From assembly GCA_001724265.1 (NCBI GenBank), contig MEDY01000283.1, forward strand, positions 1-40,659: a stretch of DNA of 40,659 nucleotides, read 5' to 3'. Below the pieces are notes generated by a model. It worked only from the letters and a program-made list of their open reading frames with translations, had not been told where the DNA came from and did no database searches. Both the position numbers and the translations under genes were made by a program. Each line of letters opens with the position of its first letter. Positions within the stretch are counted from its first letter, which is position 1. Source of the stretch: Rhizaria sp. SCN 62-66. Lineage: Eukaryota. Positions 33,801 through 40,659 of this stretch are shown here, piece after piece.

Positions 33801-36800
33801 CCTCGCTCTGCGCGGCGACGTGGCCCACGCTCGAGGGCTCCACGCGGCCGCGCGCGACGGCGACGCGGCGCAGCACGAGTTCGCTTAGCGCGCTGCCGGA
33901 GCTCACCTCGGCCGGGTTCAGCGAGTCGGGGAAGTGGGCCGGCGTGAGCCCAGAGCGCTGGTATATGGTCATCAGTAGCCGCGTCATCGGAGTGACGCCG
34001 CCACGGCGAGAGAAGCGCGAGGCAGCGCGCGCGGAGAGCGTGCCACGCGAGGCCGTCGCCCACGACGCGCCCGCAGCCGAGGACGCAGCGGCGGCGCCGC
34101 GGGCACTGGCATTGGCGGGGGTCGACGCCGCGCTGTGGGCGCTGTAGCCGGAGCTGCTTGTAGCCGAGGGCGCAGAGGAGCCCGAGCTTACCGAGAGCGC
34201 CGTGGCCGCCGCGTTGGCGGGGGCGCGCAAGGACTGGCGCATGCCGATCGCGGGCGCGGGCGCGGAGCCTGCGACGGAGCCCGAGGCGGAGATGGGCGCG
34301 CTGGGGGCGACGCGGATGCGGATGCGGCCCACGGCGGCATCAGAAACCATGCGCGACGAAGACACCATGGACCGGGCGCCGATGCTGGAGACGACCGTGG
34401 ACGCTGACGACGCTGACGACGACGACGCCGATGATGACGACATTGACGATTGAGCAGGACCAGAGATCACAGTGCCAGTCACTGACGACGAAGAAGATGA
34501 CCCATTGGCGTTTGTAGCAGCTGCGGAAGCGTGTGAAGGCAAGCGCAACACCGGCACACCCTTGACACTGCCACCGACCGCCTTGTTGTTTCTGTTGCCG
34601 AAGTTGTGAGAGCCAAGGACGGGCGCGGGGCGCACCTGCGGCGACGCCGCGCGCGACGCGTTGCGCGACGCGTTGAGCGAGTGGGCCGCGGAGGCATCGC
34701 TGTCATAGGACCGGCCCATGACCGCCGCGTCGGGCAGGCGCACCGACGGCAGCAGCACCAGTGACGGCTGCATGCCGTACACCGGGGCGCCCATCGCGAC
34801 CGGCGCCGTGCCGTACGCGTCGGCGCCGTCGCTGTTGTACTGCGTCATGTCCATGCCGACGGGGTTGTTCGGGTCGGGGTAGAAGCTGCTGCCGGCGCCG
34901 CTGTGGTAGTCTGCAGCGGAGGCGCCGACGCCGAGGCCGAGGCCGAAGCTGAGTCCCGGGAGCCGCTGCGGGGGCGCAGACAGGTCCACAGTGATGCTGT
35001 GGGGATCTGTCAGCTGCGACTGAGAGTACGAGTTCGACGGCTGCAGAGGCACGTGCGACGCCGTGTCCGCGGTGCTGTCGTTCCTGTCGGCGCCGGCGTT
35101 GCGGTCAGGGAAGCGTGGCCCCAGGTTGAGGCCGAGCTCGGAGCCGAGGTTGCCGCCCACACGGCCCTTGCTCGCAGTGCTACTCGGAGCATCAGTAGCG
35201 TTTGACGACGCCTGAGCCGCTGCAGACGCGGGCGCGATGGATGACGAGAACACGTCCGTGCCGTCAGCGTTGACCATGATGTGCGTCGGAATCGCTACAA
35301 CATCGCCGGAGTCCGCCACGTCCTCCGAGTCCTCCGCCCCGCCCACGGCGCCCGCCCCCGCAGTGCCGGTGCCCTTGAGCCTGTTGACCGCGGCCGTATC
35401 GACCACGGCCGTCGCGAGCGCAACCATGGCTCCCGCGGCGGTGACGATAGCGACGCACTGGCCCGGCACGACCTTGCTCGAGCAGCGCAGCACGTCGCCC
35501 GCGCGCACGCGTCGCGCGCCGCGGCACACGGGGCGCACGGCGGCGTCGTGCAGCACGAGCCGCGCGGTCGGCAGCGCGCCGTCGGGGCCGTACCCCGGCG
35601 CGAGCCCGGACCCCGGCGAGAGGTCCACGCCCGGCAGCGGCAGCGCGTGCGCGCCGCCGACCGCGGTCGCTGCGTTGGCACTACTGCTACTGCTGCTCCT
35701 GTTGTTACTGCCAATTGCAGTGCGCGTGGTGACGATCGAGGGGAGCGTGCAGAAGGCGGACTCCGCCGCGCTCTCTGCGGTCGCATACCCAGCGATACTC
35801 GAGCTCGAGCTCGAGCTAGAACTCGAATTAGAGCTCGAACTCGATGTGAGCGTTTCGCGCGACGCGGAGCCGTAAAGACCAGGAACATCCCGATTCTGTG
35901 GCATACCATAGACAGGTCCATATGCGACGGCGCCCGCAGCCTTCGCATCCTCGTCCACAGAAGCAGCAGCGGCCTCAGCCTCAGCGGCGGCGTCGGCGTC
36001 GGCGTCCTCCTGTGTGTATACGAAATCGCGCGGCGGTAGAATACTCACGGTCATGATATCGCTCATCGCGCTCTCAACGCTGCTGGCCGCGCTGTCGAGG
36101 TTGCTGGTGCTGCTGCTGTTGATGTTGTTGACGTGGTTCTCTGCGGAGCCGCCAAGGCCGCTCTCGACGTCACCGTCTGCGTTGTCGTCCTGATCTTCGT
36201 GGCTGCCGCTCTCAGCGGCAGTGTCCACGTCGGCAAGCGTGGTCGCCGCGAGGTCGCTCGACGCCGAGAACGAGGCCGACTCCTCGCCACTCGCGATAGA
36301 GACGACGACGGTGCCGTTCGCCCTCCCAACAGGCTTCGCCTTGCGTCCGCGACGCGTCCGCAGTTGCTCCGGCTGCTGCTGCGGCGGCGGCGCAGCACTG
36401 CCAAACGTGACGTTGTCCCCGTTGCGACGGTTGTCCTCCTCGTTGTCGCTTGCGTAGTCGTCGCAGTCCAGGTCCTCCGGCGACTCCAGCAGCTGCCCCA
36501 GCCGGCCGGGCCCGCTGGCTGCATCTGCTGGGACAGCAGTGGCTGGCCCAGCACTTCGGCGCACGCCGAGCTCCGCGTCAACGGCGCGGCGCCCCACGCG
36601 CGCGCTCGTGGCCGCGGCGGCCTCCGCGGCAGCCGCAGAGGCGGAGACCCAATCGGCGATGACAACGACGCCGCCCATGACGACGCCACTCTCCACGCCA
36701 CCGGCGTTCGTGCTGTTTTCATCGTCGCCCTTGGCATCTTTGGCGCTCTTCTTGCCGTTGCTGTTGCCCCCCTTGCTCACGGTCAGCGCAGAGGAGAAAC

Positions 36801-38069
36801 TGGCGGCGGCGGCAGTGGCAGCGGCGGCCGCGTCGGCGTAGGCGACGGCCGCGAGTGCGATCTGCTTGCGGCGGAGCCTGCGGGCCCTGGCGCGCGCGCG
36901 CTGGCGTTCCCGCATGGCCTTGAACATCACAGGCAGTGACTGCGCCGTCGCGGCGTGCACAACCGAGGCTGCGATGCCCGTCGTCGCGTACAGCAGGATC
37001 TCCTTGCGCAGCGCGCGGTTCAGGTCCGTTACTGGCGCCGGCGCGCCGCGCCAGACGTGCTGCCAGACCTCCTCGTTGTAGACCCAGATCGCGGTGTCAA
37101 GCACGCCCTGGAGCGCGACACAGAGCGCAAAGGCCGCGGCAACGCCCCGGCGCGTGGCGAGGTCGCTGGCAGGGTCCGCGTTGGCCGTGTTGATAGCGAC
37201 TGCGTAGAGCACGGCCAGGGGGACCCAGTAGACGGTGAAGGCGGCCGTGTAGCGCGCACCGTTGAGCAACGAGCGGCGCCGCACGGCGAACGACTCGCGC
37301 AGCCCAACGCGAAAGCGGTACGCGGCGAAGGCCGAGATGGAGATGTTTGCGATGTAGAAGACGATCGAGGGCACAAAGAGGATGAGCCAGGGCGTGGGTG
37401 AGCGGTCGGCGTGCGGCAGCAGCCAGCACATCTGCAACGAAGGCCGCCAGCCCACGTCGCCCGACAGCGCGAGGTACGTCGCCGAGGCGAGCGAGGCGAG
37501 CAGCGTGAGCGCGGCGTAGCGCAGCATGCCGGAGCCGGGCGCGCGGAAGGGGTTCGTGATGGACTGGAAGAGGTCGAGTGCCATGACGAGGTACCAGCAT
37601 TGCGAGCCGAAGAGCGAGAGCTGCGTGAAGAAGGAGAACACGGTGCAGTCCGCAGGCGCCGTGTCCGGGTGCGTGAGGTGCAGCGCGAAGAGGTTCACGG
37701 CGAAGACAATCGCGAAGACGCCGCGCCAGACGATGATCGGGGATGGGTGACGGCGCAGGGCGGGATAGGCGAAGTAGAGAACTATCACCGCGAGCGCCGC
37801 CACGAAGCTGACACCGGCACCGCTATAAAAGTGTCACACAATTACAACAGTTAGATTAGCGTCTGTTAAAGGCAGTGACAAAAGACAACATATATATGAC
37901 GAAGTGTAGAATGGAAGGAATGATGTGGAAGGGACTTCTCCAGAGCGACGTCGATAGGTCGAGAGGGCACGTACGCGAGGTAAAAGGGCGTTAGCAGTGT
38001 GTCACGACCGAGGCCGATGCCGGCACCAACAAACGGGTCCGTTTGCAAGGACCAGAGGGATGTCGCCAT
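30835..38069 (-). CDS. GPCR-PIPK: 7TM receptor domain fused to a phosphatidylinositol-phosphate kinase, 2 exons (38069-37975, 37822-30835), ~2360 aa, with a PUA-like insert
   Basis: About seven hydrophobic segments at the N-terminus, then the LR(x9)GI linker LRKEILLYATTGI (36973-37011). PIPK motifs DFAPQVF, GRSGSFFYFSED..MIVK, VMSN, YDIKGS, MDYSLLLG, GIIDIL and ISAVKP..Y..RF. Ends TAA. Confidence 0.92.
37823..37974 (-). other. Spliceosomal intron (152 nt)
   Basis: GTACGT donor and TTTTATAG acceptor; a phase-2 join (GC|C) gives PFYLA-GAGVSFVAAL, completing TM1. Confidence 0.88.
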
Positions 38070-38582
38070 CGGGAAAGAGTACTCGCGGGGGCGAGACCGG
38101 GAGCGGGGCTCGGGAGGCGCCTCTTGGGCGGACGAAGCGAAAGTTTGGAAAGTTTAAAACGCGTTGGAAGGAAGGAAGAGGCTACATACAACATAAAGAA
38201 TTTGAAAACCAGTGAGTTAGAAAATTGTACAATATATATATAGTGACTACACATAGAACGACGATCATCTGCGCGAGATATCTGCATGCAAACTCCACGC
38301 ATCGAAGCCGTCATTCTTGTCTCGCACTTCGCCGAGGACCTCCTACCACACCCCTCCACATCAACGTTCATGCAGCTACACGGACACGTATTCAACAATC
38401 TAGATGTATTTGGACAAAGTTAGTCAATACAGAGCAGCTTGTTTCAGCAAATATATACAACACATTTACAAACCATTTTATATATCATCCCTAGAACCAC
38501 ATGTTTGCGCGCGCGCTTGTCAACGTCACGACAGCGCACACCGCTTGACATCGCGCACAAGCGCGTCGAGCGGCTGCCCCGC

Positions 38583-39746
38583 TCAGAGGTCGTCCATCTG
38601 CGCGTGGTCCATCACGGCGCCCATCTGCACGCCGCCGCCCGCCGCGGCCGCCGCGGCCGCCGCGGAGCGCCGCGCGCCGCGCGCGTGCTTGCCCTCGTTG
38701 TTGATTGCCCCACCCGCGGCGCCCGCGCCCGCGCCCGCGGCGCCGCGGCCGGCGTCGCTGAAGACGGCGCGGATGTGGTCGAGCTGCCAGTCGCAGAGGC
38801 GGCCGACGACGATGGCGCACAGCGCGGCCAGGTAGGGGCCCGCGAGCGGCACCCACCCCCACTTGTTGAGCGTGATTGCGAAGGCTAGCGACAGCGCCGG
38901 GTTGGCGAAGTCGTAGGTGACGGGCGCGAGCACGCCCGCGGTGGCCGTGGCGGCGGCGAGCGCGAGCAGGCAGTTGGTCTCGTGTTGAGACTGCGGGCGC
39001 TGCTCGCGGTGCGGCGCCGCGGCGGCCGCGGCAGCCGAGGCCTGCAGTGTGAAGTAGTGGTCCGTCTGGCGGATGTTGAGCCGCGTGCGGTCAAAGAAGG
39101 TGAAGATAACGACGACGAAAAAGAGGAGGCCGACGAGGATGGACGCGGCGACCTGGCCGTTGGTCGACGACAGGAAGACGATGGGCGCGAGCGCGTCGCC
39201 GTCGGGCCAGCACAGCGGCGCTACCACCACCGACAGCGCCGCGCCGGCGATCTGAGCGGCGACAAAGATGGCCGAGTCGAGCAGCTTCATGCGGCCCATG
39301 CCGAAGAGCACCAAAGACACGGCCGGGTTGAGCTGCCGCACGTTGGGCTTTCCGCCCACGCCGTCGTACGACAGCGCGTAGAGCGCGGCGCCGTACACGC
39401 AGCCGAAGATGAGCGCGATGAAGAGCACGCGGACGGGGTCGACCGTGTTGGGCTCGAGCGTCTGCGCAACCTTGGTGGCGTAAAGCGTGAAGAAGGCGAG
39501 GATGAACGTGCCGATGCACTCTGCGAAGGCGGCGCGGAGGGTGCGCTTGACCATGGTCCACAACGACGCCGCGCGGGGCCGCTCGCGGCGCTCCTGCAGC
39601 CGCGTAAGGTGCGCGCGTGCGGCGGCGTCGTGGCGGCGCGAGGAGGGTCCGCCGAGGTCGTTGTCGTCGAGGTGGGAGTCGTCGTGGTCGTCGTGCAGGT
39701 CGCCGTGCCGTAGCACAGGCTCGGTCTCGCTGTACAGCTGGGACAT
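38583..39746 (-). CDS. Aquaporin / major intrinsic protein, ~387 aa
   Basis: AAFAECIGTF in TM1, two NPA boxes (QLNPAVSL, FANPALSL), FVAAQIAGA, WVPLAGPYLAA and six hydrophobic segments. ATG at 39746; ends TGA. Confidence 0.9.
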   Translation of the reverse strand: MSQLYSETEPVLRHGDLHDDHDDSHLDDNDLGGPSSRRHDAAARAHLTRLQERRERPRAASLWTMVKRTLRAAFAECIGTFILAFFTLYATKVAQTLEPNTVDPVRVLFIALIFGCVYGAALYALSYDGVGGKPNVRQLNPAVSLVLFGMGRMKLLDSAIFVAAQIAGAALSVVVAPLCWPDGDALAPIVFLSSTNGQVAASILVGLLFFVVVIFTFFDRTRLNIRQTDHYFTLQASAAAAAAAPHREQRPQSQHETNCLLALAAATATAGVLAPVTYDFANPALSLAFAITLNKWGWVPLAGPYLAALCAIVVGRLCDWQLDHIRAVFSDAGRGAAGAGAGAAGGAINNEGKHARGARRSAAAAAAAAGGGVQMGAVMDHAQMDDL

Positions 39747-40535
39747 CGCGGGCGGCGGCACAGGGAGGGAAAGGCACGCGTCGATAAAGACTAGAAGGGA
39801 CGGAACAGGCGCGGAGCGTGCAAAAACGGCGCGCGGGTGTTACGGGAGCGAGAACGCGTGCGAGATAGACGGGGAGCGTTACGGGGCGGAAACTAGGAGT
39901 TTAGTGACCGGGTCTAAAACAAGGCAATGGACGTGAAGGATAGGTGGTTTAGCAGAGTGGGCAACATCCAAGGATAAAAAGGAAGTCATTAGACCATGAA
40001 ACATTGCGTTTTGTTTAAACGCGCATTGCTGTAGAGTGGTGACGCTCGGCGCAGAGGAGCAGCGAGTTGTCGGCATCGCAACCTCAAAGGAGGAAACTTC
40101 CTCTTGTCCGTTGGACAGGACAAAGAGCACTTGAACACAATGCAAGATATTAATTAGATACAACATCACAGTGGAACACTAAATATTCGGCCATGCGACT
40201 ACATGCGGTTGTTTATGCCTGTTTCTTTGTCTTGAACGATCTTGCCAAGATAGCTCAGTGTCTGTGGCTGGTTGCTGCGCTGGCCACACGTCATGTCACA
40301 TTTGCGTACTAGAGCGCAGGTACAAAGATATCGCGGCATGCAACGAATTGAAAGAAAACGGATAGATAGAGTACATTTCAAAGAATGGTATCAAGAAGGT
40401 TTGAAGTGTGAATAAAGTTAGCTTGTCTGGTGTATTTCTCCCTTCTTAACGCAGAATTGAATCAAGATGGGAAAGGGGTTACTACTGACTACGCATCTAG
40501 GTGCAGGTTACCGTTTCAAAGAAAAGGCGTTGCAC

Positions 40536-40659
40536 TTAGAGGGACTCGACCTCGTAGACACGGATGGTGTTGTCGGTGTAGCCGGCGTAGAGGGTGTTGC
40601 CGTCCTGGGACCAGGCGACGGAGACGCACTGGATGGGGACGGACATCTTGCCGGTGGGC
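40536..40659 (-). CDS. RACK1: RACK1 (WD40 40S ribosomal protein), C-terminal 40 aa (partial)
   Basis: Minus strand reads [43 protein letters not shown], matching the last WD repeat of RACK1/Asc1. Strong C-ending codon bias. Confidence 0.9.
   Translation of the reverse strand, partial: PTGKMSVPIQCVSVAWSQDGNTLYAGYTDNTIRVYEVESL

Noticed and set aside
35798-35844. (GAGCTC)n palindromic hexamer run
   Set aside because: It simply encodes a poly-Ser tract (TCG/AGC alternation) in the GPCR-PIPK.
22725-39936. Numerous overlapping and antisense ORFs (e.g. 23164-24438, 24967-26190, 35281-36039, 38982-39713)
   Set aside because: Shadow ORFs of GC-rich coding sequence; Arg/Ala/Pro-rich with no motifs.

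Overview
GC-rich, gene-dense eukaryotic (protist-like) nuclear DNA with GT-AG introns (donors GTACGT/GTTCGT) and proteins inflated by Ala/Ser/Gln low-complexity inserts. Recognisable genes: a CSN8-like PCI protein, an EEP-family phosphoesterase, mitochondrion-targeted TilS, MCM9, a GPCR-PIPK, an aquaporin and the 3' end of RACK1, plus two large hypothetical genes. Main observations: (1) five isolated in-frame TAG codons lie inside three otherwise intact genes, one of them splitting the TilS catalytic domain, while all nine called gene ends are TAA or TGA. This points to UAG being read as sense (Gln favoured) with UAA kept as stop. (2) A ~460-codon intein-like Hint + two-motif LAGLIDADG module has lost its splicing residues but kept its nuclease motifs, resembling an HO-like domestication. 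It is followed by a decayed tRNA-Leu. (3) A Cbf5/TruB-type PUA domain appears inserted between the 7TM and kinase parts of the GPCR-PIPK. (4) A TIR/foldback element family has three local copies, one enclosing a gene-like fragment. All family assignments are by-eye motif recognition; no searches were run.
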